This document shows positions 10,299 through 21,222 of a stretch of 64,000 nt of DNA, in pieces. Below the pieces are notes generated by a model, which worked only from the letters and a program-made list of their open reading frames with translations, did not search any database and had not been told where the DNA came from. The stretch is taken from contig CAWEHK010000054.1 in assembly GCA_963808625.1 (NCBI GenBank), positions 1 to 64,000 of the forward strand, read 5' to 3'. The stretch's first letter is position 1. Each line of letters begins with the position of its first letter. Origin of the DNA: an uncultured delta proteobacterium (GTDB lineage Bacteria > Desulfobacterota > Syntrophobacteria > Syntrophobacterales > Syntrophobacteraceae). The translations under genes and the position numbers were made by a program.

Positions 10299-10676
10299 AT
10301 GAGTAAGCGCATCCTGATTCATGCCGGGACCTGTTCCCTGGCCGCGGAGCTCAATGATTCGCCGACGGCCGCTGCCATCTACGCGGCCTTGCCCCTGGAA
10401 GCTGCGGCTCAAACCTGGGGAGACGAGATCTACTTTCGCATCCCGGTGGAACAGAAGCTCGAGGATTCGGCCGTCGAGGTCGTAGCCGTCGGGGACCTGG
10501 GATATTGGCCGACCGGCAGGGCGTTCTGCATTTTCTTCGGCCCCACTCCCGCCAGTCGTGGCGACGAAATCCGTCCGGCAAGCGCGGTCAATCTCGTTGG
10601 GAGGGTGCTCGGGGATGCCCGAGTCCTCAGAGCGGTTGAGGATGGAGAGCTTGTCCGGTTGGAACGGGATCGGTAA
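10299..10676 (+). CDS. Cyclophilin-like fold protein
   Basis: WGDEIYF, GDLGYWPTGRAFCIFFGPTP. Confidence 0.85.
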   Translation: MSKRILIHAGTCSLAAELNDSPTAAAIYAALPLEAAAQTWGDEIYFRIPVEQKLEDSAVEVVAVGDLGYWPTGRAFCIFFGPTPASRGDEIRPASAVNLVGRVLGDARVLRAVEDGELVRLERDR

Positions 10677-10689
10677 GATGATTCCCTGG

Positions 10690-10856
10690 GTGCCGTCCAA
10701 AAATGACTTGATCTGCGTTTTGAAACTTTTTCAAACCACGGAACAGCACTGAAAACACGGAAAAATCACCCCTGATCTTTGGTGTCTTTCATATTTTCCG
10801 TGTGTTCCGTGTGGTCCGTGGTCGAAAGATGATGGTGTGTTCTTAAACAATCCCTT
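10690..10856. repeat. MITE-like palindromic element (CCGTCCAAAAAT left end; ACCACGGAA/TCCGTGGT arms)
   Basis: Left end shared with the 1803/17499/58418 copies; internal inverted 9-mer arms. Confidence 0.65.
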
Positions 10857-10953
10857 GACTTTGGGAGATGCTTTATCGACAGGATTTGATTATACTGTTT
10901 GAGGAGAAGATCTTTCTTCGCGAACATAGATACGGTTTAACTGGAGAAACGAA

Positions 10954-11187
10954 ATGCCGATTTACGAGTACGAATGCTGCAAATGCTGTGAGAAATTTGA
11001 AAGACTGGTTTTCCGGAGTGATGAAGCCGTGAACTGCCCGAAATGCGACTCTGACGAAGTGCAGCGCGTCTTGTCGGTTTTCGGTTTCAAGAGCGGTGGC
11101 GACAAGGGGGCTGCCAGCAGCAGAATGGGCTCCGGGGCCTCGTCTTGTGGCAGCTGCCGGTCCAGCAGTTGCGCTTCTTGCCATTAA
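10954..11187 (+). CDS. FmdB-family zinc-ribbon protein
   Basis: MPIYEYECxxC...CPKC and Cys-rich tail. Confidence 0.88.
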   Translation: MPIYEYECCKCCEKFERLVFRSDEAVNCPKCDSDEVQRVLSVFGFKSGGDKGAASSRMGSGASSCGSCRSSSCASCH

Positions 11188-11207
11188 AGTCAACGTTTCG
11201 CCCATTT

Positions 11208-12167
11208 TTGCCGACCCCGAGAGGACAGTTTGCCAACAAGAATATCCGAATTGGAACCCGCGGCAGCCTGCTGGCCCTGACTCAAAGCAAGCATGTCAAG
11301 GCTGCACTGGAGCAGGAGTGGCCGGAGTGCCGGGTGGAATTGAACATCATCAAGACCACCGGCGACAAGATCCTGGATGTGCCTTTGGCCAAGGTCGGAG
11401 GCAAGGGACTTTTCGTCAAGGAACTCGAAGACGCGCTGCTTGACGGTTCCGTGGATCTTGCCGTCCACAGCATGAAAGACGTTCCCGCCGTTTTGCCCCG
11501 TGGGCTTGAGATCGGGGCGGTTCCCCAGCGGGAAGATCCTCGCGATGTGCTGATCATCCACGAACGGAACAATCTTTCCAGCCTTCCTTCGGGCGCCAGG
11601 GTGGGCACGAGCAGTTTGCGCCGGGCGGCCCAAATCCTGAACCTGCGCCCGGACCTCGAAATCGACAATCTTCGCGGCAATTTGGATACGCGCCTGCGGA
11701 AACTGCAGGAAGGCCGCTTCGAGGCCATCGTCCTGGCCGCCGCCGGCATTCACCGCATGGGCTGGCACGAGAGGATTACCGTCTATTTGGACCCGACCGA
11801 ATTCGTGCCGGCGATTGGTCAGGGCGCGCTCGGTATCGAAATCCGCAGTGACGATGGCACAATGCGGGAGCTTCTGGCGCCCCTTCACGATCCGGAGACG
11901 GCCGTCGCGGTGCAGGCCGAAAGGAGCTTCCTTCATGAACTCGAGGGCGGCTGCCAGGTGCCCATCGCCGGCCATGCGCGGTTGTCGGGAGACCTTGTTG
12001 AACTGACAGGTCTCGTGGCCTCGCTGGACGGGACCCACATCTACCGGACGACGCGTGCGGCAGCCCGGAACGATGCGGGACCCCTGGGGCGCGAACTGGC
12101 GCGAGAACTCCTCGATGCCGGCGCACGAGAAGTTTTGGAAGAGATCTACCGGTCGGGAAGGACTTGA
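11208..12167 (+). CDS. hemC: Hydroxymethylbilane synthase
   Basis: IGTRGSLLA, GGKGLFVKE, HSMKD, GTSSLRR, LEGGCQVP; start approximate. Confidence 0.95.
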   Translation: MPTPRGQFANKNIRIGTRGSLLALTQSKHVKAALEQEWPECRVELNIIKTTGDKILDVPLAKVGGKGLFVKELEDALLDGSVDLAVHSMKDVPAVLPRGLEIGAVPQREDPRDVLIIHERNNLSSLPSGARVGTSSLRRAAQILNLRPDLEIDNLRGNLDTRLRKLQEGRFEAIVLAAAGIHRMGWHERITVYLDPTEFVPAIGQGALGIEIRSDDGTMRELLAPLHDPETAVAVQAERSFLHELEGGCQVPIAGHARLSGDLVELTGLVASLDGTHIYRTTRAAARNDAGPLGRELARELLDAGAREVLEEIYRSGRT

Positions 12168-13705
12168 AGGTGAAGAAAGGCAAAGTATATCTCGTAGGAG
12201 CCGGCCCCGGCGACCCGGGCCTTTTGACTCTGAGGGGAAAAGAGCTCTTGGAGCATGCCGAAGTGGTCATCTATGATTACCTGGCAAACGAGGAATTTCT
12301 GAAATTTGCTCCCCCTTACGCGGAACAGATCTATGTCGGCAAGAAGGGCGGCGACCACACCATGAGCCAGGAGGAAATCAACCGTCTCCTGGTCGAAAAA
12401 GGTCGAGAACACATGGTCGTGCGCCTCAAGGGGGGAGACCCCTTCGTCTTCGGGCGGGGTGGCGAGGAGGCTCAGGTCCTGGTGGCCGCAGGAATTCCCT
12501 TCGAAGTCGTGCCGGGAGTGACAGCGGCCATCGCGGTCCCCGCTTATGCCGGCATTCCGCTTTCACACCGGGATTACGCCGCCAGCATGGCTTTCATCAC
12601 CGGCCACGAGCGGGGCGATAAAGCAGAATCAGAATCCAAAATCGCCTGGGACAAGCTGGCCACAGGCGTCGGCACGCTGGTTTTCTTCATGGGCGTCAAA
12701 AATCTTCCCGAAATCTGCAGCAGTCTCATTGCGCACGGTCGCGCCTCCGATACGCCCGTCGCGGTCATCCGATGGGGGACCACCCCGGAACAGCAAACGG
12801 TCACCGGGACCCTTCGGGACATCGCCGACCGGGTGGCGGAGGCGAAGCTCAAGCCTCCCGCCATCACCGTGGTGGGTGAGGTCGTGCGACTGCGGGACGA
12901 GCTCAACTGGTTTGAACAGCGACCGCTCTTCGGCCGCCGCGTGGTGGTGACCCGGGCCCGGGAGCAGGCCAGTGAGTTCAAGGCGGTCCTGACCGAACTG
13001 GGAGCATGCTGCATCGAATTTCCCACCATCGACATCGAACCCCCGCCCTCCTGGGAACCCCTCGATGCGGCCATCAACGCGCTGGCAGCCTACGACTGGG
13101 TGATCTTCACCAGCGTTAACGGCGTAGCCTTCTTCATGGAGCGGCTCCGGGTGGCGGAGCCGGGACGTTCGCGATCTGCACGGCGTTCGGCTGGCGGCGA
13201 TCGGTCCCAAGACGGCGGAAGCCCTCGAACGATACGGGTTGCGTCCGGACCTCGTGCCCGACGAATACCGGGCGGAAGCGATTCTCGCCGGACTGTCGGT
13301 GGAGGAGATCAAAGGAAAACGCTTCTTACTGCCGCGAGCTATGGTGGCGCGGGATGTCCTGCCGGAAACCCTGCGCCAATGGGGCGCTCAGGTGGACGTG
13401 GTGGCGGCCTATCGCACGGTGCTTCCCCGCGAACGAAGCACGGAAATGATGGAACGACTCGAGGCCGGGGAAATCGATTGCCTGACGTTCACCTCATCGT
13501 CAACCGTCAGCAACTTTTTCAGCCTTTTTGAGCAGCAGACGCCATCCTTCCCCTGCTGAAGACGTCTGCGTCGCATGCATCGGCCCCATAACCGCCAAGA
13601 CCGCCGACAGAACATGGGCTCAAGGTGGATGTCATGCCCTCGGAATACACCATCACGGGTCTTGTAGCAGCCATCCGCTCTCATTTCGAAAACGAAGGGG
13701 GATGA
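12164..13705 (+). CDS. cobA: Uroporphyrinogen-III methyltransferase/synthase fusion (frameshifted)
   Basis: VGAGPGDPGL and RLKGGDP, then HemD motifs FTSVNGV, FTSSSTV, CIGPIT in successive frames. Confidence 0.9.
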
Positions 13706-13738
13706 TAGATTGGCTCTCGGCTCAAAACCCGCTTCGGT

Positions 13739-14540
13739 CTATCTGAATATTTGATTCTCCCGGTATTGCAGATAGGCTTGGCGCATGGATGCGTAGGGGT
13801 CAAGGGCGGCCTTCTTGAAATCTTCATATTCGCCAATTCCAGAGAGGTGTTATTCACCATAATTCCGGCCCTGATGGCGACACCGGTCAAAAGTTCTCGG
13901 GCAGATAGTAGAGGGGGTTGAGAAAGGTGTCTCCGGCCAGGCCAAGGCTGTCGCGGACGGTTGATGGCCCCAAAACCGGCCAAACGATGTACAAAACCGG
14001 CTTCAGCCCATAAAATCCCAGGGTCTGCCCGGTATCTTCATCGGCTGGGGGTGGCAGGCAGAAGTCCCGGCTGGCGATTTCAAAAAGCCGGCAAATCCCA
14101 GTGTGGAATTGATAAGGAAACGCCCCGTTTCAATTCCAGCCGCCTTGAATTTTCCCTGGAGCACATTATTGACAAATCTGGAAGGAAACCGAAGATTATC
14201 AAAGCCATTGCGGATGCAGACTCTTAGTCCCGGCGGGATGAAGATGCCATAGATCTGGGAGACCGGCTTAAGAAGCCAGAAATAGAATTTATCATTGAAT
14301 TGAAAGGCCACTCGATTAAGCGGTTCCAACGGATCAGGGGCGTATTCCGTCCTGGAAGCCTCCGCGAAGGGTTCGGCATCTTCCTCATTTTCCACAATTG
14401 TCGTCTCCGTCCCTGCCATGGCTGGACTTCTGGAAGCGCAGACCGCTCAGGGACAGCTGCCCGGCATCCATGGACGGGGAAAAGAAAGACAGGAGCAAAA
14501 AAGCCGCAGCAAGCATCAGCACCTTGCATGATGAATTCAT
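13739..14540 (-). CDS. mlaA: MlaA/VacJ family lipoprotein (several frameshifts)
   Basis: DPLEPLNR, RFLINSTLG, C-terminal DPYASMRQAYLQYR. Confidence 0.82.
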
Positions 14541-14746
14541 CAGATCAGCTCCTTTGTTGAAGAAAGCGAACAGGCTGCACAAGGTCAGGATAGGACCGGC
14601 TGCAAAGAAATCAGAGTAGCGTATTCTAGCACCCTGCAAAAAGTTGGCAAGCAAAAGTCGTGCGGCTTGCATACTGGTTCAGTGCTGTAATATAATTTAT
14701 CTCTTAGGATGCAGAGTTAAGCCGTCAATCCATTCAAGGAGAGATT

Positions 14747-16704
14747 ATGGCAAAGAAACCCGACGAAGAACCCAATCCCATAGAAAGATTTATGAACCAG
14801 CTCAGAGGGGCGTCAGGAGAAGGCGGCCCGAAATCGCCCGACCCCTCCCAGAAGAAGGTCCATTTTTCGTTCTGGTACTTTATCGTGGCGTTGCTGTTGA
14901 TCACCTGGCTCCAGAGTTATCTGGCCGAGCCACCGAGAGAAAAGATTCAGTATTCCGAATTCAAACAGTGGGTGCGTGATGGCAAGGTCGAAAACCTGGT
15001 GGTCCAAGCGGAGAGAATCCGTGGGGAATTCAAGGATGATAAGGGGCAGAACCAGCACTTTGTGACCGTTCGCGTCGAAGACCCGGAGCTGGTGCAACTG
15101 CTGGACCAAAAAGGGGTAAAGTACTCCGGCTACGCTGAAAACAAATGGGTGGGCCTGTTGCTCTCGTGGTTGCTGCCGCTTGCCTTTTTCATCTTCTTCT
15201 GGAGCTTTCTCATCAAGAGGATGGGCGGCGGGCCCCAGGGAGTGCTTTCCGTCGGCAAGGCGAGAGTCAAGATCTATCGCCGAAAAAGAAATGGGAATCA
15301 CTTTCGACGATGTGGCCGGCATCGATGAAGCCAAGTCGGAGCTTCAGGAAATCGTTCAATTCCTGAAATATCCGGAGAAATTCCAGAAACTGGGAGGGCG
15401 CATTCCCAAAGGGGTGCTGCTGGTGGGCGCGCCCGGCACGGGCAAGACCTTGCTGGCCAAAGCGGTTGCCGGTGAAGCCGGGGTGCCCTTTTTCAGCATC
15501 AGCGGATCCGAGTTTGTGGAGATGTTTGTTGGCGTGGGCGCAGCCCGTGTTCGCGACCTTTTTGGCCAGGCCAAGGAGCAGGCCCCGTGCATTATTTTCA
15601 TCGATGAACTGGATGCCCTGGGAAAGGCCCGGGGGCTCAACCCGATGGGCGGGCATGATGAACGGGAGCAGACCCTGAACCAGCTCCTGGTTGAAATGGA
15701 CGGGTTTGACCCCAGGTCCGGGGTCATCATCATGGCGGCGACCAACCGCCCGGAAATACTGGACCCGGCGCTGCTTCGGCCGGGGCGTTTCGATCGCCAC
15801 GTGGCCATTGACAAGCCCGACATCCGGGGTCGGGAGGCGATTCTCAAGATTCATGCCAAGGACGTCAAGCTGGATCCCGAGGTGGAGTTGAAGAAAATCG
15901 CCGGCCTGACTCCGGGATTCGTCGGGGCGGACCTTGCCAACCTGGTCAATGAAGCCGCCCTCGTTGCCGCCCGCCGCAGATGCGGAATCGGTGACGATGG
16001 CGGACTTTCAGGAGGCCGTGGACCGCATCATCGGCGGGCTGGAGAAGAAGAACCGGGCGATGAACCCCAAGGAAAAGGAAATCGTCGCCTACCATGAATC
16101 CGGCCATGCGCTCGTTGCGATGATGCTTCCCCATGCCGATCCGGTAAACAAGATTTCCATCATCCCGAGGGGCATTGCCGCTCTGGGTTACACGCAGCAA
16201 CTGCCCACCGAAGATCGCTACCTGATGACCCGCGACGAGCTTCTGGACCGGCTGAAGGTGCTCCTTGGCGGGCGGGTTTCGGAGGAACTCGTCTTCGGTG
16301 ACATTTCCACCGGGGCCATGAATGATCTGCAGCGCGCCACCGATATCGCGCGCAGCATGGTTACCGAATATGGCATGAGCGATCGCCTCGGCCCTCTTAC
16401 CTACACCCGCGAACCGCGCTCGGCCTACCTGGACCTGGGATTGGGATCGCGCACGCGGGAGTACAGTGAACAAACGGCCGAAGGCATCGACGAGGAGATT
16501 ACCAGGATCATCGAAGAGACCTATCAGGACACGCGCTCGATTTTGAAAGACCAGCGGGAAAACCTGGAACGCCTTGCCAGGATCCTCCTCGAAAAGGAAT
16601 CCATCGAAGGCGATGAGCTCAAGACGTTTGCTGCGAAAGTAAAAGCGGGCCAGGGTCGCCGCGAATTGTCCACGATTCTTTCTAATGCCGGGGGTGAAAT
16701 ATAA
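14747..16704 (+). CDS. ftsH: ATP-dependent zinc metalloprotease FtsH (two frameshifts)
   Basis: Two TM helices, [25 protein letters not shown]. Confidence 0.93.
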
Positions 16705-16705
16705 G

Positions 16706-17044
16706 ATGAGCAAATACATGCAACTGACCGTTACCGTGCACCCTTACTATCCAAAGGATTTGGAAGGGACTTACCCCAACTTGGAGCGCCATCTAAGCCG
16801 TCTTGATCCGGACCTGGCAAAGCGCAATCCCTCGCTCTATGAATTAGCCGGTCAACTCGATCAGCTCCTCTATCGCTTTGAGGGAACGCCGCTCAGGGAG
16901 GTACTCCTCCGCCACCGAGAGAAGCTCCAGGACCTCGGCAAGAAGATCAAGGAAAACCTTGCTGACTGGAAACTCGCCCAGGCTGACAGGCTTCTCTATG
17001 ACCTCGAGGATGTCTTTGGTGAGATCGAAACTGAGCTGGATTAG
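16706..17044 (+). CDS. Hypothetical helical protein
   Basis: Intact ORF immediately downstream of ftsH. Confidence 0.6.
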   Translation: MSKYMQLTVTVHPYYPKDLEGTYPNLERHLSRLDPDLAKRNPSLYELAGQLDQLLYRFEGTPLREVLLRHREKLQDLGKKIKENLADWKLAQADRLLYDLEDVFGEIETELD

Positions 17045-17081
17045 ATCAGCCCCTGTCACGATCTGACAATGTTTACTTTGC

Positions 17082-17152
17082 TACCACAGAGAGCACAGAG
17101 GCCGCAGAGAAGATCCTTGGCTTTCTCTGTGATCTCTGTGTGCTCTGTGGTA
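17082..17152. repeat. 9-mer palindromic element (ACCACAGAG.../...CTCTGTGGT)
   Basis: Inverted arms read directly. Confidence 0.75.
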
Positions 17153-17498
17153 GATTACGCAGTCTGCCAAAATGAAGGTTTTCAGCCTAAACGAGTATAA
17201 ATCGTGCGACGGCCTCCGCCCACGTCCTCGTATATGGTTTCCAAGAAAACGTCTGCTTGAACCGCATCGCATTCCACCTCAGGCATTTTCATCAACCCCC
17301 ATGAGTTTCAGAGCCGCACCTATTTCAGGATAACCATACCCCTCGCTCAGGCAACCACTTCTGGTTATTCGCTTTGTTTCCGCCTACGGGTTGCGGGGTT
17401 GCGCCTGCGACGGGTGGTGCTATTTTTAACCAGAGAAGGGGACTGGTGACTCCGGAGAGTCTGCCTGGAAGGGAGCCGCCTGGCCCTGAACCAGTAAG

Positions 17499-17663
17499 GA
17501 GGCGTCCAAAAATAAAAGGCCTTCTTTTACCACGAAGAACACGAAGCAACACGAAGTGATTTGTTCCTGCTCTTCGTGCTCTTCGTGCTCTTCGTGCTCT
17601 TCGTGTTCTTCGTGGTTCGAGAAAGCGCTGAAATGAGTCCAGGTTGTTTTTGGAAAGTTTCTA
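17499..17663. mobile_element. MITE-like element, copy 2 (expanded CTTCGTGCT tandem in the right arm)
   Basis: Homologous to 1803-1936. Confidence 0.8.
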
Positions 17664-17802
17664 AGCAACTGAGGCGACTGCAAACGTTATCGGGGTCGTT
17701 TCACTCCACTGCTCAAGAAGCCCGGAGCGGCGGGAAGGATCGTTGTCATCTATTTCGGTCACTCCCGGTTTGGCGACAGTTGAGGCAAGGAGGTACTGCG
17801 CC

Positions 17803-19175
17803 ATGAGCGCAATGCATATGAATCAGTCAAACCACAGAGGGCCATATCCACGAAGCCCAACCCTTCCACGGCCTTCTTGACAAGGAAGGCCATATTTTCA
17901 GCAATTGGGGACTGAGCCGCACGACGACGCCGGCCGTCTATGTTGAGCCGATAAGCTACGCTGACGTTCAGGCGGTGGCGGGTGACAGGGAGCGTTTCCC
18001 GACACCGGTGCACCCGGTCGGTTCGCTGCTCTCGGTGACCTCCACCATCGTCAATGACGGCGGGACGATGTTGTGTACACGCAAGCTTGATGAAATCCTG
18101 GGCCTCGAACATGATGAGATGGGGCGTCACGTCGTCCGCGTGCAAGCCGGGTGTCGACTCAAAAAACTCAACATGTGGCTGCAGGCGCGTGGAGTGGAGA
18201 TACCGTTTCAGGCAGAAATCGGAGAAGCAACCGTAGGTTCGGTCGCTGTCGGTGACACCAAAGAGTCGTCGCTGGACGCTCCCGGCTATTTTTCCGCACA
18301 CGTTGTCGCTTTGACCTATGTCGATGACCAGGGAGTCCTGCAAACACTGTCTGACCACCGCGACGGGCAGGCGTTCTACGAGTTCAAATGCTCCTTTGGC
18401 CTTTCCGGCATTGTCGTCGAGTGCCAGGTCGAGGTGCGTCCATCGACGCTGTGCCGGTCGGACGTATCGGCCGTGGCCTTCGCCTCGCCGGAGGATCTCG
18501 CCGCGGGATTGCTGCGCTTGCGCGAGGAGAGCGACGCGCTCCTGTCAATCGTGCTTCTGCATCAACTGGCAAGCTTTTGTGAGCAGCGCTACAAAGCGGG
18601 TCCCGGCTCTGCCACTCCCAGCTCGTCACAGCCGGCTTGCGACGAATACCGCGTCGCCAAACGCCTGGCGATCCAGCACGGATTCGACGGTGTGGACGTG
18701 CCCCAGCCCAAGGGGATCGTCTTCTCGCGCCACGACTTCGTCAACGAATACTGGCGTCCCTCCGCCACCGAGCGCCGTCTGGACTTCCAATACTACGAAC
18801 ACGACATCACTCAGTTCACGCGCGTTATCGTCGAATCATACCAATTCACCAAAGCCTTCGAGGCAGCAACCGGGTTCGCGCCCAAGGGGTGGGCGACCTA
18901 TTTTGTCAATCGCCCGGAGAAGGAGAAGAAGCCCTTCGGGGTATATTCGAGCGGGCCCGGGGTGTCGTTCTCGTTCGACCCGTTCTGCTCGAACCCGACC
19001 GACCCGCTATGGCATCGGTTCGCGCAGGAGTACAACAAGCCGGCCATTCACACACTGGGGGGAAAGGCCTCAGCCGATCCAAACCCAGTGGCTGCTCCCG
19101 GGCGACGTGAAAATTCCGAGGAAGTTGGCGCACCCGCGATTTACGACGAAGTACTACGAACAGTTTCTCAACTGA
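17803..19175 (+). CDS. FAD-binding oxidoreductase (VAO/aldonolactone-oxidase-like), frameshifts near both ends
   Basis: FSNWG...VEP, VRVQAG, ATVGSVAVG, FGLSGIV. Confidence 0.65.
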
Positions 19176-19368
19176 TGCACTCAGTAAAAAGGGAGATCCG
19201 CACCTTGATCCGCTAACGATTGGGTCAAGCCGCCTAGCGACCGCTTGGACGAAGGTGACTTGAGAAAGGGAGGGCGGTGTGCTACGGTTATACACGCCCA
19301 AATGGGGGAACATGCGGTGAATGTGGGGATAGCAAATGTCCCGGTAATGGTTAAGGAGGTGACCCTCG

Positions 19369-19872
19369 GTGGAAATGTCCGGAGCTGAAGCCGTCTTTGA
19401 TGCGCTGAATCGCGCTGACGTGGCCTATCTCGTAGTGGGCGGCCTGGCCGTCAACGCTCACGGGTATGTCCGAATGACGATGGATATCAACCTCGTCATT
19501 GCACTCAATCCGGAGAACATCATCAAGGCGCTGCATGCGCTCGAGGAAGCGTGCTTCCAGCCCGCTGTGCCTGTCACCCCGGAGCAGTTTGCCGACCCGG
19601 CCAACCGGAAGCGTTGGCGGGAGGAAAAGGAGATGCGCGTCCTCAAATTGTGGAGTGGCAAGTATCGCCTTAGTCCTGTCGATATTTTCATTTATGAGCC
19701 CTTCGATTTTACTGTGGAATATGCCCGGGCACAGCGCCTTGAGTTGCGCGAAGGTTTGGGTGTGCCGATCGTGAGCCTGGAAGCCTTGCTGACAATGAAG
19801 AGGGAGGCGGGGCGGCCTCAGGATTTGGCCGACATCGATGCTTTGCTGGAGTTAGCCGATCATGGGAGATAA
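19369..19872 (+). CDS. Nucleotidyltransferase-like protein (putative TA component)
   Basis: VVGGLAVNAHGYVRMTMD and MKREAGRPQDLADI. Confidence 0.75.
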   Translation: MEMSGAEAVFDALNRADVAYLVVGGLAVNAHGYVRMTMDINLVIALNPENIIKALHALEEACFQPAVPVTPEQFADPANRKRWREEKEMRVLKLWSGKYRLSPVDIFIYEPFDFTVEYARAQRLELREGLGVPIVSLEALLTMKREAGRPQDLADIDALLELADHGR

Positions 19873-20062
19873 GCCTGAAAAAGAGTCCGGCGCATGGGAC
19901 GCCTGCACCTGGAGGGGCGCCCGCCGCGACGTGCTGGAGTTAGGCGCCCGCCTGTCCTTCCGCGAAAAGATCTTGTGGCTTGAAGAAGGCGCCAAGCTCG
20001 CCCTCGCGTTCAAAGCGGCGCGCGAGCAGCGCAAGACCAACCCTCCCGATCCGCACCCGTGA
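19862..20062 (+). CDS. Small partner of the upstream nucleotidyltransferase
   Basis: Overlapping small ORF; LSFREKILWLEE. Confidence 0.55.
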   Translation: MGDKPEKESGAWDACTWRGARRDVLELGARLSFREKILWLEEGAKLALAFKAAREQRKTNPPDPHP

Positions 20063-20304
20063 TTCCGTTCTCCTTCCGCGGCGCCGTGACGTCTCGGAAT
20101 AACCCCCTCGGTTGAATGACCTGCACGGAGTGGCAGCTCTTCGAGGAAAGCGGGGACCAAATGGTGACCTCGTTCGGTTCCGTTGGCTTTCGTGAGATTC
20201 TCTCCATGCTCCTTTCGACCTCACAGATACCTCTGAAATCGCGGGCGAGCAAGGACTCTGGGCCTGGATTGTTCAGGCGAGGTGTTGCCACTATTATTAA
20301 ACCT

Positions 20305-20698
20305 CTATGCGTGTTGAGGTTGCAGGGCTTGCCGGACTCCTTCGGGATCGCGGGCAATCACCGTGAGATAAGCCCGGGCCGGTTGATCGGGTTCCGTCCG
20401 CCCCTGTTCCCAATCGCGCAATGTACCAAGAGGGATGTGATAACGGGCTGCAAACTCTTGCTGTGTGAGGTTGAGCGCACGGCGCAAGGTTTTCGTGCGT
20501 GGCACACGCCGGGCTGTGCGCAATTCTTCGTCAGTCATAGGCCGAGCGTCCGGATCAGCCGCCGCAGCCGCTCTCAATTTCTGTCTCCGTCATTGGGCGC
20601 ATGAGGGTGTCGGGAAACGGGCGCTCCACGCCTTTGCCCAACACTTCAACAACCGTGCCGTCAGAACGAATTTTCGCGATAGTAGTTTTCTTGCTCAT
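20305..20698 (-). CDS. XRE-family HTH antitoxin (frameshift near 20572)
   Basis: LTQQEFAARYHIPLGTLRDWEQGR; start overlaps the brnT 3' end. Confidence 0.8.
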
Positions 20699-20942
20699 GT
20701 TTTTCCGCCCGTCGTGCCGAGATAATCCGAATCCGTTCGCCGCGCTCTGTGTAGGTCACATGCAGAATTACACCGTCGCACATGCCGACCAAATTAACGC
20801 GTTCCTCTCCGTAGCTCTTGCGGTCGTCAATCCATTCAACGGCAAAGTGATCGCTGAACGCTTTGACGGCCTGCTGGAAAGTGACGCCGTGGTCACTCCA
20901 GTTCATGGCCGCTTTGTTGTTATCCCATTCAAATTCTATCAT
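20661..20942 (-). CDS. BrnT-family toxin
   Basis: FEWDNNK...HGVTF...YGEER...RIISARRA. Confidence 0.88.
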   Translation of the reverse strand: MIEFEWDNNKAAMNWSDHGVTFQQAVKAFSDHFAVEWIDDRKSYGEERVNLVGMCDGVILHVTYTERGERIRIISARRAEKHEQENYYRENSF

Positions 20943-21168
20943 AGAGTACTGATTATCCGTAGTTTTGTCAACTGTCCAGTTTTTTCTTTTCCTATTACCC
21001 GGTTTTAAACCCCTTAACATCATTTTGGCAGAAATATCCAGGCGGGGTGAATTTAATGGCTTGTGCGCATAGCGATAGCGGAGCGCACTCCGAAACCTGA
21101 GGTAAGGTCTTCACCTAACAGGACAGAGAAAGAGAAACCCTTTTCGCCTCTGAATAGACCCCTCAAAA

Positions 21169-21196
21169 ATGTATGATAAAGGACGTTATCATACAC
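21169..21196. other. Putative tyrosine-recombinase core site
   Basis: TGTATGATAA-AGGACG-TTATCATACA: perfect 10-bp inverted arms with a 6-bp spacer, just upstream of the integrase. Confidence 0.7.
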
Positions 21197-21222
21197 TAAT
21201 CTAACCGGCAGGGAGGGGCGGC

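Noticed and set aside
17455..17485. SRP RNA (GGAAGGGAGCCGC resembles the GGAAGGAAGCAGC loop)
   Set aside because: Lacks the conserved CAGG and AGCAG internal-loop residues
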